Below are positions 20,811 through 31,127 of a stretch of 64,000 bases of DNA, in pieces. The position numbers and the translations under genes are program-made. Origin of the DNA: a virus (Duplodnaviria > Heunggongvirae > Uroviricota > Caudoviricetes); the IMG/VR virus record IMGVR_UViG_3300033146_000394, positions 1-64,000 of that record, one strand, 5' to 3'. Within the stretch, counting starts at the first letter, position 1. Each line of letters begins with the position of its first letter. The notes beneath the pieces were generated by a model. The model saw only the letters and a program-made list of their open reading frames with translations. It had not been told where the DNA came from and searched no databases.

Positions 20811-21501
20811 AAAAGAAAATGAACCGAATATATGTTTTATACATATGTATAAATGTGCAGGTATGTCAATATTAAAATCATTAAATGATGAAAAATTGAT
20901 AGATAATACTCAATCCCATATACATAATTCATTATATAAATACCCATATAGAAAATATTCTAATAATATTTCATTAGTAAGAAATCCATTAACTTGGTAT
21001 GAATCTCTGGTTAATTATGAAATATCAAGAATTGAAGATGGATTAGGGATAAATGTATTTGCTAGATATTTTATTTTTAAAGATTATCCAAACAATGATA
21101 GAACTATGGATTTTAATATGAGTGTTGATAGAATGATAAATATGAAGGATTTTTTTGAAGAACAACCACATCAATTAGAACATTTTAAACAAGAATTATT
21201 ACCAAATAAATATTCTAATAGGATGGTTATGAATATAATGAATATTAAAACTATTGAAGATATTACAGAAATGAAATTAGAAAAAACATATTATCAAGAA
21301 ATGATTAAAAAATTTGGTGTTTATGATACAACTATATATAGAATGGAAGATCAATTAAATGATGTGATAAATATTTTAGGTATTAAAAGTCTTGCATATA
21401 TTAATATTAATAAGAAATATAATAAATTAACAAAGAATCAAATAGATACTATTAAACAAAATGATAGTGAATTATTTGATTCTTTTGGTTATAAATTATA
21501 A
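20797..21501 (+). CDS. putative sulfotransferase
   Basis: 5'-PSB-like FIHMYKCAGMSIL and 3'-PB-like LVRNPLTWYESL motifs. Confidence 0.45.
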   Translation: MFIVKKENEPNICFIHMYKCAGMSILKSLNDEKLIDNTQSHIHNSLYKYPYRKYSNNISLVRNPLTWYESLVNYEISRIEDGLGINVFARYFIFKDYPNNDRTMDFNMSVDRMINMKDFFEEQPHQLEHFKQELLPNKYSNRMVMNIMNIKTIEDITEMKLEKTYYQEMIKKFGVYDTTIYRMEDQLNDVINILGIKSLAYININKKYNKLTKNQIDTIKQNDSELFDSFGYKL

Positions 21502-21510
21502 TATTACTCT

Positions 21511-22896
21511 TTAACTACCAGACCCAGACCCAGACCCATTTGAACTTGACCCAGACCCAGACCCAGACCCAGACCCAGACCCACCACTATCAATAGTAAT
21601 CCAATCTTGTGGTATTGATGCATAATCATTTAAATTTGTATTACTATTAAAAGCATAATCACCATAACATATACTAAATTCTGACCATATCTCTTGTATT
21701 GTTCCATGTAAATCACACCCATCAAATATATGTTTTAAATCTTTATATCTATGATATGAATTAGGATCCAAATCTGGGAGAATATCTAATGGTGATTGTG
21801 GACACGAAATCAATGAACTACAACCACTAAAAACACCCATTAATGCCCAATTATCTGAATTAGTTCTTATCTGTGGTATTGATGTTAATGATGTACAATC
21901 TTTAAAACATTCAGTTAAAGTTAATGTATTAGTTGAAAATAAATTTTCTGGGAATGATACTATATTTGAACCACTGAATGATTGTGTAAAATATTTAACA
22001 GTTGATGGGAATAAATTATTTGGGAATGTAGTATCTATAAATATTGTATTATTAAAAACACTACCAGCATCTTCACCAACATAATTATTAAATATTGTTG
22101 GTATTTCTGCTAATGTGGTATTTTTAAATAAACCATTAATATTAAATGTTGATGAAATTCCTCTTAAAAAATTAGAATCGACTGTTTCAATATTACAACC
22201 AGCAAATATACCTTGAACAATATCTACACTACAATCTGCAAAGAAATCTGCTGGTAAATGTTTTATTCCAGAATTTGCAAATAAATCTCTTACAACTCTA
22301 ATCCCACTATTTTTGAAAAAATTTGGTGGAACTGTTTCTAATGATTTACACCCAGAAAAAACATAACTTGGATAAAAATCACTACCTATATTTGGATTTG
22401 AGAAAAAATCATCAGGTATTGTTATTAAATCTTTACAATCTGCAAAAACAGATGACCATTGCCCACCATTAGTATATATTCTTATATTGTGAAATAGTCC
22501 TTCAGGGATTTCTACAATACCACTATTTTTAAACATATTTGAAACATTATACATCTGTGTGGTATTTCTGAATAGATTTCCTGGGATTACTTTTAATGAT
22601 GTACAATCTTGAAACATACGTCTTACATCTGATAAATTTGGAGTATCATTAAATAAATCTACTGGAACATATTCAATTGATGAACAACCCATAAAAATAC
22701 CAGAAGTCCAGGTCAAATTTGTTTGATTTTTAAATAATCCATCGGGGATTTTTTTTAATGACGAACAACCATTAAACAAATCCAACCCCCATTGGATATT
22801 ATTGTTATAAAATAACCTTGATGGAATTTCTTCTAATAATGTACAATTTAAAAATGTTCTATAAAATTCTTGTGCTTGAGTATTATAATCAAACAT
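21511..22896 (-). CDS. BspA-type leucine-rich-repeat protein with C-terminal (GS)n tail
   Basis: About 24-aa repeats F..C.SL..IP..LF.N... ending in GSGSGS. The frame stays open a further ~95 codons upstream (to about 23183) without a start codon. Confidence 0.6.
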   Translation of the reverse strand: MFDYNTQAQEFYRTFLNCTLLEEIPSRLFYNNNIQWGLDLFNGCSSLKKIPDGLFKNQTNLTWTSGIFMGCSSIEYVPVDLFNDTPNLSDVRRMFQDCTSLKVIPGNLFRNTTQMYNVSNMFKNSGIVEIPEGLFHNIRIYTNGGQWSSVFADCKDLITIPDDFFSNPNIGSDFYPSYVFSGCKSLETVPPNFFKNSGIRVVRDLFANSGIKHLPADFFADCSVDIVQGIFAGCNIETVDSNFLRGISSTFNINGLFKNTTLAEIPTIFNNYVGEDAGSVFNNTIFIDTTFPNNLFPSTVKYFTQSFSGSNIVSFPENLFSTNTLTLTECFKDCTSLTSIPQIRTNSDNWALMGVFSGCSSLISCPQSPLDILPDLDPNSYHRYKDLKHIFDGCDLHGTIQEIWSEFSICYGDYAFNSNTNLNDYASIPQDWITIDSGGSGSGSGSGSGSSSNGSGSGSGS

Positions 22897-23293
22897 ATAT
22901 TCTGGAACTTTTTTTATTTTTGTTCCACTAAATGAATCATTAAAGTCAATAATATTTTTTAAGCCACCACTTTCATTTGGGACTTTTGATAAATTAGAGT
23001 TAGTAAATAATATTTTTTTTAAATTTGTTTTATCTGGTTTACCCCAAGATAATAATTCTTGTAATGAATCATCATTTGTAAAATCTAATACTTCAAATAA
23101 TCCATCAATTTTAATATCTTGATTATAATCTCCATTGACATATGTATGCGATAATATTATATCATTTTGTAAATTATTATAATGTATAAATTCAATATAG
23201 ATTTATTTTTTTTTATTATATATAAAAAAAAAAATCTTATATCACATTAGATATAAGATTTTATATATTAGTTGTTTATATAATAAGAAGATA

Positions 23294-23866
23294 TTAATCT
23301 ATAAAAACTATTTCTAATTTTTCTTCTTTTAATAATCTTTCTTTTATTTTCTTCTTAATTACTTTATTCCAAACACCATCCCATTTAAAATAAATAACTG
23401 AAGATATAAATCTATCATATTGTTTATTAACTGCATCAGATGGTACATCAGACCTATCAATATTATTTTTTAAATCTTCAGTTATTCTTTCAATTGATAA
23501 TATTGGATCAGGTTTAAAAATCAATCCTATTTTATTAATATTTTTAAAATGTTTTAAAAAAGAATTTCTTTTAGATAAATTGGTAGCATCAAAAACACAA
23601 TACCCATGTGTTTTTAGTTTTTCTTTGGTTCTTGTATATACTAAAGCTTTCCAAATTTGAGCATCTTTTTCGTGGTTTGATACATCACCAGTTAATTCTT
23701 TTCTCATTAAATCTGGTGAAACAACGAGTTCAGATATATCTAAATTATTCTCTACTAAGTATTTATCAACACATGGGAAATCTTCTCTTAATTTATTTTT
23801 TATATACCAAGATTTACCTGAACCAGATATAGCTATTGTCAAAAATAATTTTTTAATTGATTTCAT
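23294..23866 (-). CDS. P-loop kinase, T4 polynucleotide-kinase (Pnk) kinase-domain-like
   Basis: [20 protein letters not shown] resembles T4 Pnk [34 protein letters not shown] resembles VIISDTNLNPERRLA. No phosphatase domain. Confidence 0.55.
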   Translation of the reverse strand: [190 protein letters not shown]

Positions 23867-23924
23867 CTTTTGTTATTGTTTTTTTAATATATAATGTACA
23901 AAGATAATAAAAAAAAGTTTAATT

Positions 23925-24719
23925 ATGGATGAAAAAAAAGATTTTTTTGATATAGATGATGAATTTAATAAGAAAAATATTAAACACGTAGAAAATATTG
24001 AAGAAGAAGTTGAATTTGAATTTGAAAACGAAGAACAACAAAAAATATCTGATAAAGAAGAAATAGAAATATCAGAAAATTATAAACGAACAAAAGATGA
24101 TATTACAGATTCTGTTGATACACTAAAAGGAAATATAAATAGTATGTTAGATACAATTAAATCACCAGATGATATGTTTTTGCAACCAGAATTATTACCA
24201 GGAATTGATATTGATATTGAAACATATGATTATGATAGAGAAATGGATTTAATTAAAGTTGATAGTAAAGAAACGTTAGAAAGTTTAGCAAATTTATATT
24301 TAGATGTAAATAAAATGAAAAATAAAAATATCCACACTATTATTAAAAACGATTCAAAAGCTCTTTCTGATTTAAATTTTTCAATATCTATGGCTAAAAG
24401 AGGACTGATTATGTGTATGCAACAATTAGATTTAGGTGTAAATGATCCAGACATGTTTCAAAGTGTTAGTACATTTCAAAAAGAAATTAGAGACACAATA
24501 AAAATGGTATATGATATTCAAAGAAAAATGAAAGATTTTTATAAAGAATTAAAAAGTGAATTACCTGAAATAAATGCTGGGGAAGAAGATATATTAGAAG
24601 AACAACAAGAAGAAGATCACTATACTATAATTGGAGACCCAAAATTATTAAATCAAGTGTTTGATGAATTAAAAAAAGACCCAACATTATTAAATAATAC
24701 AAAAGACAAAAAAAATTAA
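23925..24719 (+). CDS. acidic protein (DFFDIDDEF N-terminus)
   Basis: 264 aa, D/E-rich; paralogous N-terminus with 28237..28446. Confidence 0.45.
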   Translation: MDEKKDFFDIDDEFNKKNIKHVENIEEEVEFEFENEEQQKISDKEEIEISENYKRTKDDITDSVDTLKGNINSMLDTIKSPDDMFLQPELLPGIDIDIETYDYDREMDLIKVDSKETLESLANLYLDVNKMKNKNIHTIIKNDSKALSDLNFSISMAKRGLIMCMQQLDLGVNDPDMFQSVSTFQKEIRDTIKMVYDIQRKMKDFYKELKSELPEINAGEEDILEEQQEEDHYTIIGDPKLLNQVFDELKKDPTLLNNTKDKKN

Positions 24720-24931
24720 ATATTAAAATCTAATATAGTTTTTTGGTTTTTTGTATAAAACATATCTGAATCTAATCCATGAAATGTACCATCTTCACAT
24801 AATATAACATAACCAATATTATTTTTAAATTTTTTATTATTTATTGAAGAGTATATTTTATATTTTTTATTTATAATAAGTAAGGTGTCATTATTTTCAA
24901 TGTAATCTTTTTTTGAATATACTTCTTCCAT
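24716..24931 (-). CDS. small GLDSD-motif protein ending in DFNI
   Basis: 71 aa; paralog of 28466..28699 (VILCEDGTFHGLDSDMFY vs VVLVEYGDLVGLDSDYFEEI). Confidence 0.4.
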   Translation of the reverse strand: MEEVYSKKDYIENNDTLLIINKKYKIYSSINNKKFKNNIGYVILCEDGTFHGLDSDMFYTKNQKTILDFNI

Positions 24932-24979
24932 TTTTTAACTTTTTTATTTTTATATATATATAAAAAAAACACAAAAATC

Positions 24980-26479
24980 ATGAGAATACAAAAATTCAAC
25001 AAATTTAAAGATATAAAAAACAATACTATTAATAAAATAGATGATATAAATGAAGGTATTTTATCTGATTTATGGGATAATTTTACTGAAACATTTAAAA
25101 ATTTAAAAGCAAAATTTGGTATTCATACTTGGGAACAACAAATTAAAATTTTAGCATCAAATGGTGAATTACCTGGTGGTGTATCAATATCATATCCAGG
25201 ACATAGATTATCAGATGATATTTTAAATGGAACAGAAGATATAATGGTAAAAGAAGATGCTGTACCATTAGAACATCCAGATAACAACATAGAGAATATT
25301 AATATTGGTAGGTTAGAAAAAGTAATAAAAGCAGCATATAAATTTAAATTAAAAACAGGAAAATTAACAACCGTTTTTTTATGGGGTGCACCAGGTATTG
25401 GAAAGACTGATATAGTAGACCAAATAGCAGATGAATTAGATATATTAATGATTGTATTTCATTTATCTTTAATTGATTCAACTGACTTTAAAGGATTACC
25501 TTTTATCGTAGAAGAAAAAATAAAAGATGATAATGGTAAAACAAAAATAAGAAAAAGGTCATCTAATGCATTACCACTAATATTCCCAACTAGTAATGGT
25601 GATAATGGGAAAGGTGGAATATTATTTTTAGATGAAATGAATTTAGCAGAATCATTTGTATTGAAAGCAGCAATGCCACTTGCATTATCTGGAAAATTTG
25701 ATGGTTTTGATTTACCAAGTAAATGGATTATTGTTTCTGCTGGTAATAGAAAACCTGATGTACCTGATACCGACTTAGAAGAAATAAAAGGAGCATTAGG
25801 TAATAGATTCATGCATATCAATCTTGTAACAACTGTTAAAGATTGGACAAGTTGGGCAAAAAATAAACCTTATGTAGATAAAAATTTATTATCTTTTTTA
25901 AATTCTGATATTGGTAAAGAGTGGTTTCATAAATTAGAGGGTTCTGATAAACAATCATCAGCTTGGCCATCACCAAGATCTTGGACACAAGCAACATATG
26001 CTATTTGGATAGAAGGTGATGAAACATTTAATATGTCAGAAGAAGACCAACGATTTTACTATGGTTCATTTGTTGGTAGAGAAGCAGCAGTTGAATATTT
26101 TAATTATATAGAATTATTAAAATATATGAGTGAAAAAGAAATGGAAGAAGTTTATAAAACTGGAAATGCTCCAAAATTACCAACTAGGACTGATGCAAAA
26201 TTTGCAGTGATGTCTGCAATAGTATATAAAAAAACTGGTAAAAAAATGACACCAACAGAATTTAAAAATTTATTACATTATATTAAAACTAAATTAGATG
26301 ATAATTTTGAGATAATTACACCAATGTTAAAGATGTTAAAAATGGCACATATTGATAAAAATAAACATGTTTATTATAAGTCCGATGAACCATATAAAGC
26401 ATTATATGATGATTTTATTAAAAATTGGTTTGGATTATATAATGACATAAAAAAGGAAGATGATAAAGGAAACATTTAA
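24980..26479 (+). CDS. MoxR/CbbQ-type AAA+ ATPase
   Basis: Walker A LWGAPGIGKTD and Walker B ILFLDEMN; AAA_5-like. Confidence 0.7.
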   Translation: MRIQKFNKFKDIKNNTINKIDDINEGILSDLWDNFTETFKNLKAKFGIHTWEQQIKILASNGELPGGVSISYPGHRLSDDILNGTEDIMVKEDAVPLEHPDNNIENINIGRLEKVIKAAYKFKLKTGKLTTVFLWGAPGIGKTDIVDQIADELDILMIVFHLSLIDSTDFKGLPFIVEEKIKDDNGKTKIRKRSSNALPLIFPTSNGDNGKGGILFLDEMNLAESFVLKAAMPLALSGKFDGFDLPSKWIIVSAGNRKPDVPDTDLEEIKGALGNRFMHINLVTTVKDWTSWAKNKPYVDKNLLSFLNSDIGKEWFHKLEGSDKQSSAWPSPRSWTQATYAIWIEGDETFNMSEEDQRFYYGSFVGREAAVEYFNYIELLKYMSEKEMEEVYKTGNAPKLPTRTDAKFAVMSAIVYKKTGKKMTPTEFKNLLHYIKTKLDDNFEIITPMLKMLKMAHIDKNKHVYYKSDEPYKALYDDFIKNWFGLYNDIKKEDDKGNI

Positions 26480-26498
26480 AAAAAATTAATATAAATAT

Positions 26499-28196
26499 AT
26501 GAAAAAATATGAAAATTTTTTAATTACATTAAATGAAAATTGGATTTCAGATAAAGTAGATAGAGGGGCATTACAAAAAGTAAGATTAGCACAAGCTCAA
26601 ATCACAACAAAGTTTCCATTTTTTACTAATCTTCTTTTTAAATTAACAATTAAAGAAACAAATGATCCTAAATGTAAAACTATGTGGACAGATGGAAAAA
26701 GTATTGGTTATAATAAAGATTTTGTAAAAAGGTTGGGTGATACTAGAAAAGTTGCTTGGGTGATTATTCATGAAATAATGCATAATGTGTCGTTACACTT
26801 TTTAAGAATGAATGGTAGAGACCCAGAGTTGTGGAATTATGCTGCTGATTATGCTATTAATGTATTGATTGATGATTTAGCAAAAGCAAACCCAGCAAAC
26901 TTAGTAACACCAGATAAAGTTTTATTGGAGGAAATATATAGAGATATGAGTGCTGAACAAATTTATAATAAAATATATGGTGATATAGAAAAGAGAAGAA
27001 AAGAACTTGAAGAATATTTAAAAGGTAAAAGTGATGGACAAGACCAAAAAAAGAAAGATGATAATTTTGATAATGGTTTTAGTGATGGACAAGAACAACA
27101 TAAAAATGACCAAGATAAAAACGAAAATAGATCAGATGGTAAAAATAAACCAAAAAACAAATCTGATGAATATAATGATGGTTATGATAGTGGATATAAT
27201 AGTGATTTAGATGATTCTCCTGAAAATAATAGACCACAACAAGATGATAGGAATATTGGTGATAAATCTGATGAATATGGTGAAGGGTTCGATGATGGAT
27301 ATAATGGAAATAGTAATAAACAAAATGGTTCTGATGGTGAAGGTGAATCTGGTGGTTCTATTAAAGATATGATAGATGATTTTATAAAAAAACACCCAAA
27401 TGGATTAGGGAGTGATATAAAAAAACCAGGTGAAGTTAAAGGAGAAAATATATATAATGATGATGATGGAGTTGATTCTAATGATAAAAATATATCAGAA
27501 GAAGAGTTAGCTAAACAATGGGTAGATCACGTCAAAAATGCTGCTAAGTCATATGGTAGTATGACACCCGGACTTGATAGAATAATTAAAAAAATAGGTG
27601 AACCAAAAGTGAATTGGAAGAACGAAATACAAAAATTTGTTAATGGTATATATAAGAAACGTTCTTTGGGATATTTTAAAAATAGATCAATACATAGAGG
27701 TGATTATTTACCAGGACCAAAAAGACTAGATAGTACATCATTTAAAGAAGTAATTATTGCAATAGATACTTCTGCATCAATTGGGGATAAAACATTAGCA
27801 AAATTTGCATCAGAATTAAAAGGATTATTTAAAAAATATAAAATCAAAAAAATCCACGTTATTTGGTGTGATTCTCAAATAAAAAGTGTACAAGAATTTA
27901 AAAACGTTGATGATTCATTTAATTTAGATTATTTAAAACCAAAAGGTGGTGGTGGAACTTCTTTTGTTCCCCCATTTGAATGGGTTGAAAAAAATCTAAT
28001 AAGTAGAGGAAAAACCCCAGCATTTATGTTATATTTTACTGATGCTGAAGGTTCAGCACCAAATGTTGGTGAATATAGTTTAGCAAAATATAATAAAAGA
28101 GTTTTGTGGGTAATAACGGATACATTACCAGATTCTAAATATGTTAAAGATTTATCATTTGGAAAAAAATTATTTATTGATAAAATAATAGATTAA
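26499..28196 (+). CDS. VWA-domain protein with N-terminal HExxH metallopeptidase-like domain and acidic DG-rich linker
   Basis: WVIIHEIMHNV (HExxH) and IIAIDTSASIGDK (MIDAS DxSxS). Typical partner of MoxR-type ATPases. Confidence 0.65.
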   Translation: MKKYENFLITLNENWISDKVDRGALQKVRLAQAQITTKFPFFTNLLFKLTIKETNDPKCKTMWTDGKSIGYNKDFVKRLGDTRKVAWVIIHEIMHNVSLHFLRMNGRDPELWNYAADYAINVLIDDLAKANPANLVTPDKVLLEEIYRDMSAEQIYNKIYGDIEKRRKELEEYLKGKSDGQDQKKKDDNFDNGFSDGQEQHKNDQDKNENRSDGKNKPKNKSDEYNDGYDSGYNSDLDDSPENNRPQQDDRNIGDKSDEYGEGFDDGYNGNSNKQNGSDGEGESGGSIKDMIDDFIKKHPNGLGSDIKKPGEVKGENIYNDDDGVDSNDKNISEEELAKQWVDHVKNAAKSYGSMTPGLDRIIKKIGEPKVNWKNEIQKFVNGIYKKRSLGYFKNRSIHRGDYLPGPKRLDSTSFKEVIIAIDTSASIGDKTLAKFASELKGLFKKYKIKKIHVIWCDSQIKSVQEFKNVDDSFNLDYLKPKGGGGTSFVPPFEWVEKNLISRGKTPAFMLYFTDAEGSAPNVGEYSLAKYNKRVLWVITDTLPDSKYVKDLSFGKKLFIDKIID

Positions 28197-28236
28197 TAAA
28201 TTAATATATAAACATATAAAAAAAAAAAATAAAAAC

Positions 28237-28446
28237 ATGAAAATCAAAAAATGGGAAATGTTTAAAGAAACATTAAAAAACCAAGAAATAAAAGAAAATA
28301 CAAAAAATTCCGAAATAACAGATAATGATGATGAATTAATTATTGATAACTCAAAAAATATAAAAACAGAAGAAGAATTTTTTGATTTTTTTAATATTGA
28401 TGATGAATTAGCTGAAGAGGTTCAAAAAGAAATTCAAGAAGATTAA
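28237..28446 (+). CDS. small acidic protein (EEFFDFFNIDDEL)
   Basis: 69 aa; motif paralogous to the N-terminus of 23925..24719. Confidence 0.35.
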   Translation: MKIKKWEMFKETLKNQEIKENTKNSEITDNDDELIIDNSKNIKTEEEFFDFFNIDDELAEEVQKEIQED

Positions 28447-28465
28447 AAAGGGGATATTCCCTTTT

Positions 28466-28699
28466 TTAAATTTCTTCAAAATAATCAGAATCAAGTCCAA
28501 CTAAATCACCATATTCTACTAATACAACATAACATTTTTTTGAAAACATTTTATCTGTTTCAAATTCAGAATATACATCATATATCTTACCTTCTATTAC
28601 GTGAATATTAAATGTATCTTCCGTAGTTTTATTATTATCAACAGTTTGCTTTGCTCTAACTTTTTTCATGGTTTCTACGTTTTTTTGCTTATATAACAT
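28466..28699 (-). CDS. small GLDSD-motif protein
   Basis: 77 aa; paralog of 24716..24931. Confidence 0.4.
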   Translation of the reverse strand: MLYKQKNVETMKKVRAKQTVDNNKTTEDTFNIHVIEGKIYDVYSEFETDKMFSKKCYVVLVEYGDLVGLDSDYFEEI

Positions 28700-30383
28700 C
28701 TGATTCTTTTCTTATATCTTTACTGAACATAATTCTATTATTCATTATTATCTCACGTCTTTTCGATTGTGTATCAGTTTCTTTATCACTCCAATCCATT
28801 CTTAAATATGGCCAATTTATACCAGATAAATCTTGGATTATTTTATTTTTAAAAATGTTTATAAATTTTGTATCTTTAAATTTTACACTATATCCATTAA
28901 TATTTGATATAGTACCTATTCCTTTATGACCACCAGCTACGGTGATTGCATTTTCATATATATCTATTTTATAATCAAACATAGAAACAAAATTATCTAA
29001 TAATGTTTCGTGATATTTCCCTAAATTTCCTATTATTTGACCATTTTTTAATTTTGGTAGATAATCTTCATCATAATTATCTAAATTATGATATGCTGCT
29101 AATTGTAAAGTATTACCATATTGTAACATAATCCACAATATTGGTGGTTTTGCTCTAAATATTAAATTGTTTTGTGAATCCATATCAATTATCCCCTTAA
29201 TACCTATTTTAGTACCATCTAATGAAATATCTTTAATATCTATATAATCAACACCATTATCATATGTAATTTCACCTAACACTTCTATACTATCCCCCAC
29301 ACAATTTTTTAATGTATTAAAATGTTTATTCTCTTTAATAAAATATGATATTGTTTGTATCTTTTCTACAATTCGTTTTTCATCTTCAATATTATATATA
29401 TTTGAACTATCTATTTCAAATATAGCTCTACCCCTAATAGCATTAGCCCACGTTCCTGGTGGTATATATACAATATTACCAATTATTTGATAACCATTTA
29501 ATGTAAACCCATAACTAGTTTTAAATTTCTCTATAAATTCATCTTGTGAATGTATAAGAAATTTTTTATCACTACCTCTGGTTCGTATAAGCATTTCTCC
29601 TAATCTCCATTTAGCATCTTCCAAATAATCTCTTTGAAAAGATTTATATAGTGGGGTGTTTACTTTAATTATATGATTAATATATTCATCTGTATTCATA
29701 CCAACATTATTTGCCATTTTTTTAATTTTCCAGATGTTTAAGTTGTTTGCTGGATAAAATAATTTAAATAATCTATAAATATTATACACGGATGGGGCAT
29801 AATCATTAATATTTGCTACTACTTCTATAAATGTTTTGTGATCTGAACGTTTTATTGTTTGATTGAAAGCTGCTGCGAAATCTAATTTAGATTTAAAGTT
29901 ATTAAAATCAAAATTAAGAATAATTGATGGTTTGATTTTATAATGTTCATATCTTGCAGAATCAACCATATCTATAACATTTTGTATCATAGAATCAATA
30001 GGTAATCCTAACTGATCACAAATCCCCTCATATGCTGATGTTGTTTCTGTTTTTACTGAATTATTATTTTTTTCAGCTTCTTTAAATTTTTCTAAATCAG
30101 TATTATGGTGGTCTATATATATATCAATCCCCTCTGTATTTTCTGCAAAATCTAGTGCAATATTAATATATTTTAAATCTAATTCAGTTGTTGTCCAACC
30201 TTCTTGATAATTAACTATACCATAACCATGAATTTTAAACCCTTTTTCAATTAAATATTTTTTCATAACAATAGCTGAATAAATCCCATCTAAATCATCA
30301 TGAAAATAAATCATGACACTTTTGCCAATTTTCCCTTTATTTTTCCAATATATCTCACTATTTGGTATGCGTGGTGCTGACAT
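28689..30383 (-). CDS. DHH-family phosphoesterase with large C-terminal extension
   Basis: VMIYFHDDLDGIYSAIV (motif I/II) and DIYIDHHNTD (DHH). Promoter-like TATCTTTGCAAAAAT lies 32 nt upstream. Confidence 0.55.
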   Translation of the reverse strand: MSAPRIPNSEIYWKNKGKIGKSVMIYFHDDLDGIYSAIVMKKYLIEKGFKIHGYGIVNYQEGWTTTELDLKYINIALDFAENTEGIDIYIDHHNTDLEKFKEAEKNNNSVKTETTSAYEGICDQLGLPIDSMIQNVIDMVDSARYEHYKIKPSIILNFDFNNFKSKLDFAAAFNQTIKRSDHKTFIEVVANINDYAPSVYNIYRLFKLFYPANNLNIWKIKKMANNVGMNTDEYINHIIKVNTPLYKSFQRDYLEDAKWRLGEMLIRTRGSDKKFLIHSQDEFIEKFKTSYGFTLNGYQIIGNIVYIPPGTWANAIRGRAIFEIDSSNIYNIEDEKRIVEKIQTISYFIKENKHFNTLKNCVGDSIEVLGEITYDNGVDYIDIKDISLDGTKIGIKGIIDMDSQNNLIFRAKPPILWIMLQYGNTLQLAAYHNLDNYDEDYLPKLKNGQIIGNLGKYHETLLDNFVSMFDYKIDIYENAITVAGGHKGIGTISNINGYSVKFKDTKFINIFKNKIIQDLSGINWPYLRMDWSDKETDTQSKRREIIMNNRIMFSKDIRKESDVI

Positions 30384-30464
30384 AATTATATCATTTTTAA
30401 TTATTATATTTATTTTTGCAAAGATAATAAAAAATCACACACAAAACAACAAAAATATTAGAAT

Positions 30465-30500
30465 AATTAAAAAAAAGTCACATAATAATTTTATTATGTG
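30465..30500. terminator. hairpin AGTCACATAAT/ATTATGTGACT flanked by an A-run
   Basis: Seen directly, between convergent genes. Confidence 0.45.
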
Positions 30501-30526
30501 ACTTCAACCCTATATCCGAACAGAGT

Positions 30527-31090
30527 TTATTTTAATAATTTTTGTATATTACTGATTAATATTTTTTTATTATTTTCAGATAAATTATTAATTATAACAA
30601 AACTTTCACTACCTTTTACATTAATTGTTTCAGTTATTATGTTTTTTTCATTATAATATTTTATAAGTGTTTCTGTGAAAATTTTAATATTTATTTTAGT
30701 ATTCAAATTATATTTTAATAATACTAATGAATCTTCTTGTTCAGTTAAAATGAAATGTAATTTTGATTTATCTATTTTTTTCGATTCTAATAACGAAATG
30801 GTATTACTTGGTTTAATTGGTCCATTAAATAAAACAATTTTCCCATTAAAATATATATTTTCATTAATTTTATTTTTTGTTTCGCTAGTATTTTTATTAA
30901 TTTTTAATTTAGTGTTAGTACTTGGCTCAGACACTATTGGTTCTATAACAATAGGATCATTCACCTCTGGTTCAATAACCCTTGGTTCAGCTATTACTGG
31001 TTCAGAATCATTTTTTTTTGATGATTCGTTTACATTATTAATATATTCTGAATATTTTTTTAGCATATCTTTTATTAAAAAAAAACTCAA
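30527..31090 (-). CDS. proline-rich repeat protein (EP[IV]IEP repeats)
   Basis: EPVIAEPRVIEPEVNDPIVIEPIVSEP low-complexity block; 187 aa. Confidence 0.45.
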   Translation of the reverse strand: MSFFLIKDMLKKYSEYINNVNESSKKNDSEPVIAEPRVIEPEVNDPIVIEPIVSEPSTNTKLKINKNTSETKNKINENIYFNGKIVLFNGPIKPSNTISLLESKKIDKSKLHFILTEQEDSLVLLKYNLNTKINIKIFTETLIKYYNEKNIITETINVKGSESFVIINNLSENNKKILISNIQKLLK

Positions 31091-31118
31091 CTCAACTCAT
31101 TTGAATTGAGTTTTTTTT
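31084..31118. terminator. hairpin ACTCAA/TTGAGT with A-run and T-run
   Basis: Seen directly. Confidence 0.4.
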
Positions 31119-31127
31119 ATTTTTTTT

